Assembly (NCBI GenBank): GCA_937875815.1
Contig: CALFHU010000097.1
Span: 1,125-65,124, forward strand
DNA length: 64,000 bases
Direction of reading: 5' to 3'
From: an uncultured Actinomycetes bacterium
GTDB lineage: Bacteria; Actinomycetota; Actinomycetes; S36-B12
Every line of letters starts with the position of its first letter. Position 1 is the stretch's first letter. Below the pieces are notes generated by a model. The model saw nothing but the letters and a program-made list of their open reading frames with translations. It had not been told where the DNA came from and did no database searches. Positions 55,597 to 64,000 of the stretch are shown here, one piece after another. The translations under genes and the position numbers were made by a program.

Positions 55597-56883
55597 TTAC
55601 CCGATGCGCTCTCGGATCACCTGTGCAATCACGCGAGCAGTTGTTTCAAGTTCGCGAGTTTGGACATATTCATCAGGTGCGTGAGCGATCGAGACGTCTC
55701 CCGGCCCGTACTGCAGGGTGGGAATATCCGCCAGACCCGTAAGCAGCCGTAAATCTGAACCGTAGGGAGCTCCGTATTCCTCAAGTGGCGCGCCAACGAC
55801 CTGTAAGTGCGCCCTCTGGAGACTTCTGAGCAGGTCTGAATGTGGTTCAGTTTGCCCCGATGCGAATTGACCACCCCACCACTCAATCTCCACCGGGTTC
55901 TTGGCAAGCCATAGGTCCTTTGCACAGGCATCTCGAATGCATTCTTCAAATATTGACCGGGCAGATTCGATGTCCTCGCCGAGAGCAACTCCGAATCGGC
56001 CCTCGGCCACGAGCAAGTCCGGAACCGTTGATGCCCAGTCGCCACTATGCACTGTTCCAATTGAAATGGGGTAGGCGACTGGCCATCGCCGCATCCGTGA
56101 ATCGACATCTACATTGCGGCGTGCTTCAAGAATCTCGAGTGCCTGGTAAATCGGATAAAACTTTTCGATCGCGCTGACGCCTTCGGTTCGCCGTGAAGCG
56201 TGGATAGCAGCACCGTGCACGAGTAAACGAAATGTCAACGCCCCACCGTTAGCTGAGATAGCGGCCAGTGAAGTGGGCTCGGGGATAATCGCTCCCGAGA
56301 CTTCGTGTTCGGCAAGGCTATAAAACCGTGGCAAGCCCTCGGTGATCAGTGAATAGGTGCCAAGACCACCGTCTTCTTCGCCGATCACGGGAGCAAAGAG
56401 CAGGTCACCTCTTGGGGTGAAACCGCTAGCGCGCAAGAATTTCACTGCTGCCCAAGCCGCAATCAGACCACCTTTCATATCGCAGGCGCCGCGGGCCGTG
56501 ATCACTTTTTCACCGTCAACGGTTCTCGCGCGGGGGGTAAAAGGATCGGCACTCCAGGCGCGTACATCACCGGGTGGGACCACATCTGTGTGCCCGTTAA
56601 TCAGAAGGGCGGGTGCGCCACCGGAGCCCCGCCAAATACCTAAAACGCCCAGCCCCTGTTCGCGCACCACTTCTTGACCGGGAAATTGTGGGTCCGCGGT
56701 GATGGCGTCGAGATTCATCTCCCAGGTGTTCACTTCCAACCCGGCAGTGCGCATGAGCGTGGCCATGAACTCTTGAGCGTCCCGCTCGCCGGTCGTCCCA
56801 CCTGTTGACGCGATAGAAAGCAGGGTCGCCAGTTCCTCGTACATAGCGCTTGCGGAGCACAGATCCTGCGCGGAAGTAGGCAT
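55597..56883 (-). CDS. M20-family metallopeptidase (ArgE/DapE-like)
   Basis: ..LINGHTDVVPPG..; ..ARGACDMKGG..; ..VIGEEDGG... The track ORF extends to 57111, which is rejected. Candidate starts are ATG 56931, 56883 and 56844. Confidence 0.85.
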   Translation of the reverse strand: MPTSAQDLCSASAMYEELATLLSIASTGGTTGERDAQEFMATLMRTAGLEVNTWEMNLDAITADPQFPGQEVVREQGLGVLGIWRGSGGAPALLINGHTDVVPPGDVRAWSADPFTPRARTVDGEKVITARGACDMKGGLIAAWAAVKFLRASGFTPRGDLLFAPVIGEEDGGLGTYSLITEGLPRFYSLAEHEVSGAIIPEPTSLAAISANGGALTFRLLVHGAAIHASRRTEGVSAIEKFYPIYQALEILEARRNVDVDSRMRRWPVAYPISIGTVHSGDWASTVPDLLVAEGRFGVALGEDIESARSIFEECIRDACAKDLWLAKNPVEIEWWGGQFASGQTEPHSDLLRSLQRAHLQVVGAPLEEYGAPYGSDLRLLTGLADIPTLQYGPGDVSIAHAPDEYVQTRELETTARVIAQVIRERIG

Positions 56884-57109
56884 GGAGGAATTGTGCCGGC
56901 CAGCAGGGCCGGGCGTGTGAAGGAGGGTCATTTTAGATAAATGTCCGTTTTGTCGGATAAATTTGAGTGTTTTTCGCCGCCACGCCGAATTGTGCCTGTG
57001 CGTAGCGCATGAGGGGGACCGTTTCTGCCCTATGGTGGAGTCGGCCCTAGGGCCACGAGGGTGGCGCCCGCCACCACCGCTGCGGCGGAGATTGTCAACA
57101 GGAGGACCC

Positions 57110-57268
57110 ATGGCCGAGGAAAGCTATACCGGCGAGGCATATTGCGTTAAGTGCAAAGCCAAACGTGAATTCACCGGACACGTGGAAGAAACCAATGGTC
57201 GCCGGTTCGCGAAGGGCATCTGCCCAACGTGCGGCACCAAAGTAACGCGCATTTTGGGTAAAGCCTAA
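57110..57268 (+). CDS. DUF5679 zinc-ribbon protein (52 aa)
   Basis: MAEESYTGEAYCVKCKAKREF..GICPTCGTKVTRILGKA. Perfect SD AGGAGGA 4 nt upstream of ATG 57110. Confidence 0.75.
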   Translation: MAEESYTGEAYCVKCKAKREFTGHVEETNGRRFAKGICPTCGTKVTRILGKA

Positions 57269-57293
57269 ATACCGCGTTTTATCTCAGTAACTC

Positions 57294-57335
57294 TTTAAAG
57301 GGGCGGCCCAGCTGGGTTGCCCCTTTAAATTTGCC
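57294..57335 (+). terminator. Rho-independent terminator after the DUF5679 gene
   Basis: TTTAAAGGGGC (57294-57304) pairs with GCCCCTTTAAA (57319-57329), followed by TTTG. Confidence 0.7.
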
Positions 57336-57435
57336 TAGTTCAAGGGCTTGGCTTGGAACCAGATTTCGCACAGGGTGAACTACTTGCGGGCCAACCGAGT
57401 CGGCCAAAGCGACCACGCTGCATTACCGTAAAGCC

Positions 57436-58761
57436 ATGTCACAATTCCCGTTCGGCTTTGGAGCGTCAGATAGTGGTGAACCCGGTGGCTTCGACATGAA
57501 CAACCTTGGAGCCATGTTCACCCAGTTCGGTCAAATGTTGCAACAGTCTCAAAATGAAGGACCGCTTCCTTGGTCCACGGTGATGCAAGTGGCGCGATCG
57601 GCGCTCGGCACTGATCCAAGTGTGACAGATGCGTCGGTGCGGGCAGTCGAAAGCGCGATGGAATTGGCTGATCTTTGGCTCAATGAAAGCGTGACTTTTC
57701 CAGCAAGTAGCACCGTGGTGAAAGTGTGGTCACGCAGTGAGTGGCTCGTTGAAACGGCTGATGTGTGGCAGAAAATTATTTTGCCTATTGCCACGACAAT
57801 GTCGCAGAGAATGGAAACAATGCTGCCGGGGCTCGCGGACACTGAAGATCCCAGTGGGCTCGAAGATCAGTTGCCCGAGGAACTTAAGGCAATGTTGCCT
57901 GACGGCGTGACACCTGAATTGATGGCGATGCTTAAGCCGATGCTGGGCATGGTCACGCAGCTTGGCGCCACCGCATTTGCCTACCAACTTGGACAAGCCC
58001 TGTCGGCGCTGGCCAAGGAGGTGGTCTCTTCAACTGACGTCGGGATTCCATTGGCCCCTGCCGGAACCAGGGCATTGATTCCATTGAATATCTCAGAGTT
58101 TGCGCAAGGGCTCGGAATTGAAGAGCGCGATCTTTTTCTTTTCTTCGCGCTGCGTGAGAGCGCACATCAGCGGCTATTTGATCACGCCCCCTGGCTTCGC
58201 CCACATTTGATGTCAGCGGTTGAGGAGTATGCGCGCTACATGGATGTTGACGTGGCATCTCTGGGGGAAAAGTTTGAAGGATTTGATCTGACCAGCCCGG
58301 AAGCCTTACAGCAAGTCATGGCATCAGGGGTGATGGAGCCGCAGGACACCGCCGAGCAGCGCCAGGCAGTTATTCGCCTAGAAACAATGCTCGCATTAAT
58401 CGAAGGCTGGGTCGACGAAGTTGTGACTCAGGCCGCGGGCGAGCGCCTCGCAAGCCTTGCGCAATTGCGCGAAACCATGGGTCGTCGTCGAGCAACAGGC
58501 GGCCCGGCAGAAACTAGTTTCAGCACATTGGTGGGCATGAAGTTGCGCCCGAAACTTTTCCGAGAGGCCAATACAATTTTCGCTGCGGTTCGGGCAAAGT
58601 CAGGTGTCCAGGCGCGAGATGCCCTGTGGAACCACCCCGATTTGTTGCCAAATGGTGAAGCGCTAGCCGATCCGCTGGGTTTTGTGCAGGAGACCGCAGG
58701 CGGCTCCGCATTTGACGACATTTCCATGAGCGATTTCGAGAAGGACGAGGACCAAGGCTAA
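57436..58761 (+). CDS. DUF2342-family putative zinc metalloprotease (Rv3207c-like)
   Basis: 441 aa with an N-terminal Gly/Phe-rich MSQFPFGFG.. and overall family pattern, in a syntenic position. I could not verify an HExxH motif (the sequence reads RESAH). Confidence 0.75.
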   Translation: MSQFPFGFGASDSGEPGGFDMNNLGAMFTQFGQMLQQSQNEGPLPWSTVMQVARSALGTDPSVTDASVRAVESAMELADLWLNESVTFPASSTVVKVWSRSEWLVETADVWQKIILPIATTMSQRMETMLPGLADTEDPSGLEDQLPEELKAMLPDGVTPELMAMLKPMLGMVTQLGATAFAYQLGQALSALAKEVVSSTDVGIPLAPAGTRALIPLNISEFAQGLGIEERDLFLFFALRESAHQRLFDHAPWLRPHLMSAVEEYARYMDVDVASLGEKFEGFDLTSPEALQQVMASGVMEPQDTAEQRQAVIRLETMLALIEGWVDEVVTQAAGERLASLAQLRETMGRRRATGGPAETSFSTLVGMKLRPKLFREANTIFAAVRAKSGVQARDALWNHPDLLPNGEALADPLGFVQETAGGSAFDDISMSDFEKDEDQG

Positions 58762-59328
58762 ATGCATGATCCTGCTCGAGTTGAGCAATTTGCCGGAGAA
58801 CTCGACGGCTGGACCGTCCCTGCGAGTGGTGGGCAACGTGACTTACACGATCAGTATCGAGAGCTCCTCAATAGCGAACCCAGTTCGTTATCTCGGGATC
58901 GAGAGCAGGGACATTTCACCGCGAGCGCATTAATGGTTGACCCACAGCGCGCCAGCATTTTGCTCGTAATGCACCCACGGGTAAAACGCTGGTTACAAAT
59001 GGGCGGCCACATTGAACCCGGGGATATGAGTTTTCGTGATGCTGCCGCGCGCGAATGTATTGAGGAAAGCGGTTATCGCAATGTCGAGGTGGGATCAACA
59101 CCAGCCCGATTTGATCGACATGATGTTCCCTGTAAATCGCCCAGGGGTGAAGTCGTCCAAAGTGTGCATTGGGATGTTCAGTTCCTCGCACTCGTTGATT
59201 CCCAATCTGAGTGCATTCTCACCGAGGACGCACCGACACGGTGGTGGGATCTGGAGACCGCCATGCCCAAGCTTGATCACAGTATGAAACAACTCATTGA
59301 AGCTGCTCGGCAATCTTTCCGACTGTGA
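58762..59328 (+). CDS. Nudix hydrolase
   Basis: Nudix box GGHIEPGDMSFRDAAARECIEESG. Confidence 0.85.
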   Translation: MHDPARVEQFAGELDGWTVPASGGQRDLHDQYRELLNSEPSSLSRDREQGHFTASALMVDPQRASILLVMHPRVKRWLQMGGHIEPGDMSFRDAAARECIEESGYRNVEVGSTPARFDRHDVPCKSPRGEVVQSVHWDVQFLALVDSQSECILTEDAPTRWWDLETAMPKLDHSMKQLIEAARQSFRL

Positions 59329-59335
59329 TCTTGAT

Positions 59336-59399
59336 TTATGCACAGGCTGCCCACAGTTTCTTGATCCGTTGTGCCGAAATTAGACGAGTTATCCACAGC
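59336..59399 (+). promoter_or_regulatory. Pair of TTATNCACA boxes (TTATGCACAGG, TTATCCACAGC) upstream of the small-TM/PDZ-Lon genes
   Basis: 59336-59346 and 59389-59399, same orientation, 53 bp apart, plus the related GCCCACAGT at 59349-59357. Confidence 0.4.
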
Positions 59400-59534
59400 T
59401 TATTACCTGCGTGATTCATCACATTGAGGTCTTGAGCGCCCGCTCTGAATCTATGCCATGATGGAAGCATTAAAATCAAGGGCTCGGATTTTTAGGCACA
59501 GTTGACACGGGGAACGAAAGGATAATGAAAAATC

Positions 59535-59717
59535 GTGAACACATTGTTCTGGTGGCTGATCCCCTTGGTAGCGGTACTTCTCGGCGTTGCTGTCAGCGCG
59601 CTTGTCAATTACTACCGTAGACAGCCAGAAGACCACGACTTGGGCCAGTACGCGTCCATGCAAGAAGCAATGAACAAGCCACATCGACACGGCGGTCCTC
59701 GCTCGTCACGGCGATAA
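59535..59717 (+). CDS. Small single-TM protein (60 aa)
   Basis: MNTLFWWLIPLVAVLLGVAVSALVNYY followed by a basic tail. GTG start. Coding status is uncertain. Confidence 0.45.
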   Translation: MNTLFWWLIPLVAVLLGVAVSALVNYYRRQPEDHDLGQYASMQEAMNKPHRHGGPRSSRR

Positions 59718-59752
59718 CAGACCCCGATAAGTGCCCCGACTACCATAGCCGA

Positions 59753-60856
59753 GTGAAGGAACCATTGCCGATCGGTGAAGAGCCTGTCCTTTCACCGGAC
59801 AAATGGGGAACTCGCACCATCGCTCTCCTCGTGAGCGTAGCCGTCACACTGATTCTCTTAGGAATCGCTTTTTTCTTGCCCGTCCCGTTTATTAAACTTG
59901 CGCCAGGCCCGACCTTCAATGTGATTGGTGAGGTTGACGGCAGTCCGGTCATCCAAATCTCCGGCACCGAAACCTTCCCGACCACCGGAGATTTGGACAT
60001 GACCACGGTTCGGGAATCAGGGGGCCCCCGCGGCGGCCTGACTTTCGTGGACGCCATTGGTTCCTGGTTTAATGCCGCTGATGCCCTGGTTCCGCGTGAG
60101 ATGGTGTATCCCGATGACGTGAGCGGCGAGGATGTTAAGGCAAGAAATGCAGCGCTATTTAGTACATCCGAATCAAACTCGGTCGCCGCGGCGCTTAACT
60201 ATTTAGACTTACCGGTTCAGACCAGAATCGTTGCAACCGCGGTGATTGTGGGTGCTCCAGCCGACGAAGTATTTCTTCCACGAGATGAAATTCTGTCAAT
60301 AAACGCAATGGAAGTGACTTCCCCGAGCGATGTTGTCGAGGCGGTACAAGGCTCGCCGGTGGGAACCGAATTTACGATCAAGATTCGCAGAATGTCCGAA
60401 GATAAAACGGTGACCGTGATTTCTGGCGAGAACCCAGACGCACCGGATAAGCCCTACCTCGGGATTTCTGTGGGCAAACTCTATTCGGCCGAATTCGATA
60501 TCAATTTCACGCTCAGCGACGTGGGCGGGCCTAGTGCTGGCCTGATGTTTGCCACTGGAATCGTCGACAAACTTACTCCTGCTGATTTAACCGGTGGCAA
60601 TCACATCGCTGGCACAGGCACCATCACCCCTGAGGGTGAAGTTGGGCCGATCGGTGGGATTCGCCAGAAGCTCGCCGGTGCTCGTTCTGCTGGGGCAGAG
60701 CTATTCCTGATGCCCGAGCAGCACTGCGCGGAGGCCCAGGGACATGTTCCCGATGGACTCACGGTCACGCCGGTGACCTCACTTACAGATGCTCTTACGG
60801 AGTTGGGTCATTGGGTGGCTGGAATTGCGGTTACTTCATGCCCCGTAACGCCGTAG
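59753..60856 (+). CDS. PDZ-domain Lon-like (S16) serine protease (Rv3194c-like)
   Basis: TM anchor, PDZ region, catalytic ..VGGPSAGLMFATGI.. and ..GGIRQKLAGA... Confidence 0.85.
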   Translation: MKEPLPIGEEPVLSPDKWGTRTIALLVSVAVTLILLGIAFFLPVPFIKLAPGPTFNVIGEVDGSPVIQISGTETFPTTGDLDMTTVRESGGPRGGLTFVDAIGSWFNAADALVPREMVYPDDVSGEDVKARNAALFSTSESNSVAAALNYLDLPVQTRIVATAVIVGAPADEVFLPRDEILSINAMEVTSPSDVVEAVQGSPVGTEFTIKIRRMSEDKTVTVISGENPDAPDKPYLGISVGKLYSAEFDINFTLSDVGGPSAGLMFATGIVDKLTPADLTGGNHIAGTGTITPEGEVGPIGGIRQKLAGARSAGAELFLMPEQHCAEAQGHVPDGLTVTPVTSLTDALTELGHWVAGIAVTSCPVTP

Positions 60857-60890
60857 TGCGCTTGTTTTAGGCGTAACGTAGGTTTAGAGG

Positions 60891-63881
60891 GTGAGCACCG
60901 TAAATTCGATGAGCCCTGACCTTGAACCCAAGCGCCGCGGGGGAGTGTTACTTCCCACGTTACTGATCCTGGTGGGCGTAGTAGTTGCCTTCGTAATCTT
61001 TACCGGGTTCTACACCGAGTTCATGTGGTTTGACGCAGTTGATAAGACCCAGGTTTTCACAATCTCCTTAGTCACCCGCGCAATCATGTTTGCAATCATG
61101 TTTGCAATCATGTTCGTGGTGTCGTCACTTGCACTGTTCATCGCATTTCGTACTCGGCCTTCTTATGTTGGAGCTACACCAGAACAAGCAAGCCTTGAGC
61201 GCTATCGGGTTGCAATTGAGCCTTACCGCAAGTGGATTGCACTGGCGATCGTCTTCGTGCTCTCGTTCTTTGCGGGCCTAGCTGGCTCAGGTGAATATGG
61301 AACTTATTTGCTGTGGCAGAACTCAACCCCTTTCGGACAGGTGGATCCGCAATTCGCTTTGGATCTGTCTTTTTATACATTTGAGTTACCGTTCTTTCGT
61401 TTTATTTTGGGCTACGCTTTTGCTCTTGTCATTCTGTCCCTCATGATCGTGACTGCGGTCCAGTACCTGTATGGCGGTTTGCGACTTCAACCCAAAGGGG
61501 AGCGGGCAACCCGGGCAGCGCAAGCACAGCTTTCGGCGCTATTGGCAGTTTTCCTCCTGCTTAAGGCAGTGGCTTACTACCTGGACCGCTTTGGATTAGT
61601 CACCAAGAGTGAAGAGCTCGTGAGCGGTTTCACCGGACTGAAATACACAGATGTCTTCGCGGTGCTGCCGGCATTGAATATTTTGATTTTCGTCGCGGTT
61701 TTGGTGGCGGCCTTGTTCATCTTCAATATTTTCCGTAGGCATTGGATGATTCCGACAATTGGTTTAGGCCTGTTGATTTTCACTTCGGTTGTCATTGGCG
61801 GCATCTACCCCTTGATCGTGCAGCAATTCCAGGTGAGTCCGAGTGAATTGGTTCGCGAGGAACCGTACATTCAACGCAATATTGAGGCTACTCGGGACGC
61901 TTATCGGATCGCGGACGCCGAAATTGAGGATTACGCAGGATCAGTGTCACCTCCGACAAGGGAAACCCTCAATGCGAGTGCGGGAACGTTGAGCAATATT
62001 CGACTCCTTGACCCTGCTGTGGTTTCACCGACTTACAACCAGCTGCAGCAAATTCGTGGCTATTACTCCTTTAACGACACCCTTGATGTCGATCGCTACG
62101 ATCTGCCGGAAGGTCGCCGAGGTGCAGTGGTCGCTCTTCGAGAAATCAATCTTGCGGGAATCCCGGATGGGCAGCGCAATTGGACCAATGATCGGGCCGT
62201 GTACACACACGGTTATGGCTTTGTCAGCGCATACGACAACACCGGGTTGACTAATGGCACGCCTGATTTTTTTGCATATGACATTCCGCCCGTGGGAGAA
62301 CTCGAAGTAACCCAGCCCCGGGTGTATTTCGGTGAGTTGAGCCCGCAGTATTCAATTGTGGGCGCTCCCGAGGGAACACCAGCGATCGAATTGGACTACC
62401 CAGATGACGCAAACCCCACGGGCCAGGCGACGAACACCTACGATGGCGCCGGCGGGGTCCCGATGGGTTCGCTCTTTGGAAAACTGCTTTTTGCAACCAA
62501 ATTCCAAGACTCAAATATTTTGCTGTCGGATTTGGTAAACGAGGATTCACAAATCATGTGGGATCGCACGCCGCTCACTCGCGTTGAAAAGGTAGCCCCG
62601 TGGTTGACCCTGGACCAAGATCCGTATCCCGTGGTGGCCGATGGCCGGATTCAGTGGGTCGTGGACGGTTACACGTTGTCTAATGAATACCCATATTCAT
62701 CTCGAGTGTCGCTCTCTGATGCAACAAGTGACTCAATTAGTAATCGGGCTGGGCAATCAGGATTACTTCCACGTGATCAGATCAACTACATGCGCAACTC
62801 AGTTAAAGCCGTCGTTGACGCCTATGAAGGAACTGTCAAATTGTATGCCTGGGATGAATCAGACCCAGTGCTGCAAACTTGGATGAAAGCTTTCCCTGAT
62901 GTTGTGGAACCACGAAGTGCAATGTCCGACGATATTTTGGCTCACGTGAGATACCCACAAGACATTTTCAAGGTTCAACGAAACATCATGTCCCGCTATC
63001 ACGTGACCGACGCGGTTACTTTCTACAACGGTACGGATGTGTGGATCGTGCCATTTGATCCCACGGTTACCCCAGCTCAAGTTTTCCAACCCCCTTACTA
63101 TCTAACGCTGCAAATGCCAGGTGACAGCGATACTGCTTTCTCGCTCACAACTACGTTTGCGCCGCAGCGGCGACAAACCTTGGCCGCATTTATGGCGGTC
63201 AACTCCGATCCAGGGGAGGACTATGGGAAAATCCAAGTACTCCAATTGCCGAGCAACACAACGATTCCCGGGCCTCAGCAGGTCCAGAACAACTTTGAAT
63301 CAGACCCAATAGTGAGTTCCCAACTCTCGCTCCTGCGCCGTGGCGGTTCCGAAGTCGAACTTGGCAATTTGCTATCACTGCCATTTAATGACGGATTGCT
63401 ATATATAGAGCCGGTCTACATTCGCGCGGCGGCCGAGGGTTACCCATTGTTGCGCAAGGTTCTGGCCGGGTACGGCGCGAATGTTGCACTAGAAGACAAC
63501 TTAGCTGACGCGTTGGCAAAGGTTTTGAATACAAATCCTGATGCCATTCCCGAGACCATTCCCAATATTGATCTAGGTGGCGGATCAGATCTTCCCGAGA
63601 CAACCGATCCTGATAACCCGGATGTGCCAACGCCAACACCAACGCCAACAGATCCAATCGAGCAGTTGGCGGCGGCGCTCGCGGATGCGCAGACAGCATT
63701 CGCTGACGGTGAGGCGGCGCTCGCCAATGGAGATTTCGCGGCTTATGGTGAAGCCCAAGATCGACTGGTGGCAGCCATTTCTCGGATAGCGGCGGCTGAA
63801 GCAATCCTCAACCCCCAACCAACCGAGGTTGAACCACCGGAGGATCCTGAAGTGGTTGTCGATGACGGAACCAACGCGTAG
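60891..63881 (+). CDS. UPF0182 family large membrane protein (Rv3193c-like)
   Basis: 996 aa: seven N-terminal TM helices, a large extracytoplasmic domain and an acidic/Pro-rich tail. Syntenic next to the PDZ-Lon gene. Confidence 0.9.
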   Translation: MSTVNSMSPDLEPKRRGGVLLPTLLILVGVVVAFVIFTGFYTEFMWFDAVDKTQVFTISLVTRAIMFAIMFAIMFVVSSLALFIAFRTRPSYVGATPEQASLERYRVAIEPYRKWIALAIVFVLSFFAGLAGSGEYGTYLLWQNSTPFGQVDPQFALDLSFYTFELPFFRFILGYAFALVILSLMIVTAVQYLYGGLRLQPKGERATRAAQAQLSALLAVFLLLKAVAYYLDRFGLVTKSEELVSGFTGLKYTDVFAVLPALNILIFVAVLVAALFIFNIFRRHWMIPTIGLGLLIFTSVVIGGIYPLIVQQFQVSPSELVREEPYIQRNIEATRDAYRIADAEIEDYAGSVSPPTRETLNASAGTLSNIRLLDPAVVSPTYNQLQQIRGYYSFNDTLDVDRYDLPEGRRGAVVALREINLAGIPDGQRNWTNDRAVYTHGYGFVSAYDNTGLTNGTPDFFAYDIPPVGELEVTQPRVYFGELSPQYSIVGAPEGTPAIELDYPDDANPTGQATNTYDGAGGVPMGSLFGKLLFATKFQDSNILLSDLVNEDSQIMWDRTPLTRVEKVAPWLTLDQDPYPVVADGRIQWVVDGYTLSNEYPYSSRVSLSDATSDSISNRAGQSGLLPRDQINYMRNSVKAVVDAYEGTVKLYAWDESDPVLQTWMKAFPDVVEPRSAMSDDILAHVRYPQDIFKVQRNIMSRYHVTDAVTFYNGTDVWIVPFDPTVTPAQVFQPPYYLTLQMPGDSDTAFSLTTTFAPQRRQTLAAFMAVNSDPGEDYGKIQVLQLPSNTTIPGPQQVQNNFESDPIVSSQLSLLRRGGSEVELGNLLSLPFNDGLLYIEPVYIRAAAEGYPLLRKVLAGYGANVALEDNLADALAKVLNTNPDAIPETIPNIDLGGGSDLPETTDPDNPDVPTPTPTPTDPIEQLAAALADAQTAFADGEAALANGDFAAYGEAQDRLVAAISRIAAAEAILNPQPTEVEPPEDPEVVVDDGTNA
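61080..61115. repeat. 12-bp tandem triplication (GCAATCATGTTT x2 plus GCAATCATGTTC) encoding AIMF-AIMF-AIMF
   Basis: Units at 61080, 61092 and 61104, inside the second TM helix of the UPF0182 protein. Confidence 0.95.
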
Positions 63882-63892
63882 TCGAAAAGCCC

Positions 63893-64000
63893 ATGAGTCT
63901 GGCTGATCATTGGAACGACCGGTATGAGAACAATCCAGCATCCAAGCTCAGTTGGTTCCAAGAAAGTTCGCCCGAAGTTGAATTCATCACGCTCAATGTG
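63893..64000 (+). CDS. Probable class I SAM-dependent methyltransferase (3' end cut by the window edge)
   Basis: ATG 63893 opens a frame that runs to the window end: MSLADHWNDRYENNPASKLSWFQESSPEVEFITLNV. The HW..RY...(x)SW N-terminal pattern is common in such methyltransferases. Only 36 codons are visible. Confidence 0.45.
   Translation, partial: MSLADHWNDRYENNPASKLSWFQESSPEVEFITLNV

Noticed and set aside
1-64000. Search for tRNA, rRNA, transposase, integrase and CRISPR features
   Set aside because: By-eye scanning for T-loop-like GGTTCGAATCC strings, rRNA-like segments, DDE or tyrosine-recombinase ORFs and spaced repeats found nothing. Intergenic space is too small (mostly under 110 bp) to hide such genes, except at 25.3-25.7 kb and 59.3-59.5 kb, which show no tRNA-like structure.

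Overview
The window is a compact, roughly 55% GC, about 95% coding stretch of an Actinomycetota chromosome. By inference it may come from a streamlined Micrococcales-like organism. Gene order closely follows the conserved actinobacterial backbone known from M. tuberculosis Rv3268 to Rv3193c. That backbone here runs: SpoIID-like, TIGR03089-like, manC, fbiB/fbiA, whiB2-like, GT2 plus DUF5719, DUF3499, manB, manA, ahcY, mtrA-mtrB-lpqB, comF-like, secA, Rv3235-like, WS/DGAT, large NAD-GDH, moeZ, adnA/adnB, nudC, glutaredoxin-like, uvrD2, ABC1 kinase, DUF5679, DUF2342, PDZ-Lon and UPF0182. I found no rRNA, tRNA, CRISPR array, transposase or integrase by eye. The non-backbone material is small. It comprises a roughly 1.65-kb cassette (25.4-27.2 kb) bracketed by a ~90-bp direct repeat, an HTH/SAF/degenerate ParA(Ssd)-like trio with no Tad secretion genes, an acyltransferase-3 gene and an orphan E1/ThiF-like protein. 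The most interesting signals are regulatory-scale. A TTATCCACAGG / ATCCACAGG motif (a perfect DnaA-box-type 9-mer) recurs almost only in intergenic DNA, once as a perfect 9+9 inverted repeat. Twin hairpins with C-rich loops lie upstream of the Ssd-like operon, and the cassette has a structured leader. Several proteins show unusual architecture or active sites: a ManB-Trm112 fusion, a membrane pseudokinase fused to an MprF-like domain, and a WS/DGAT with HE in place of HH. No convincing complete novel multi-gene system can be asserted from sequence alone. All family assignments come from motif recognition, not database searches.
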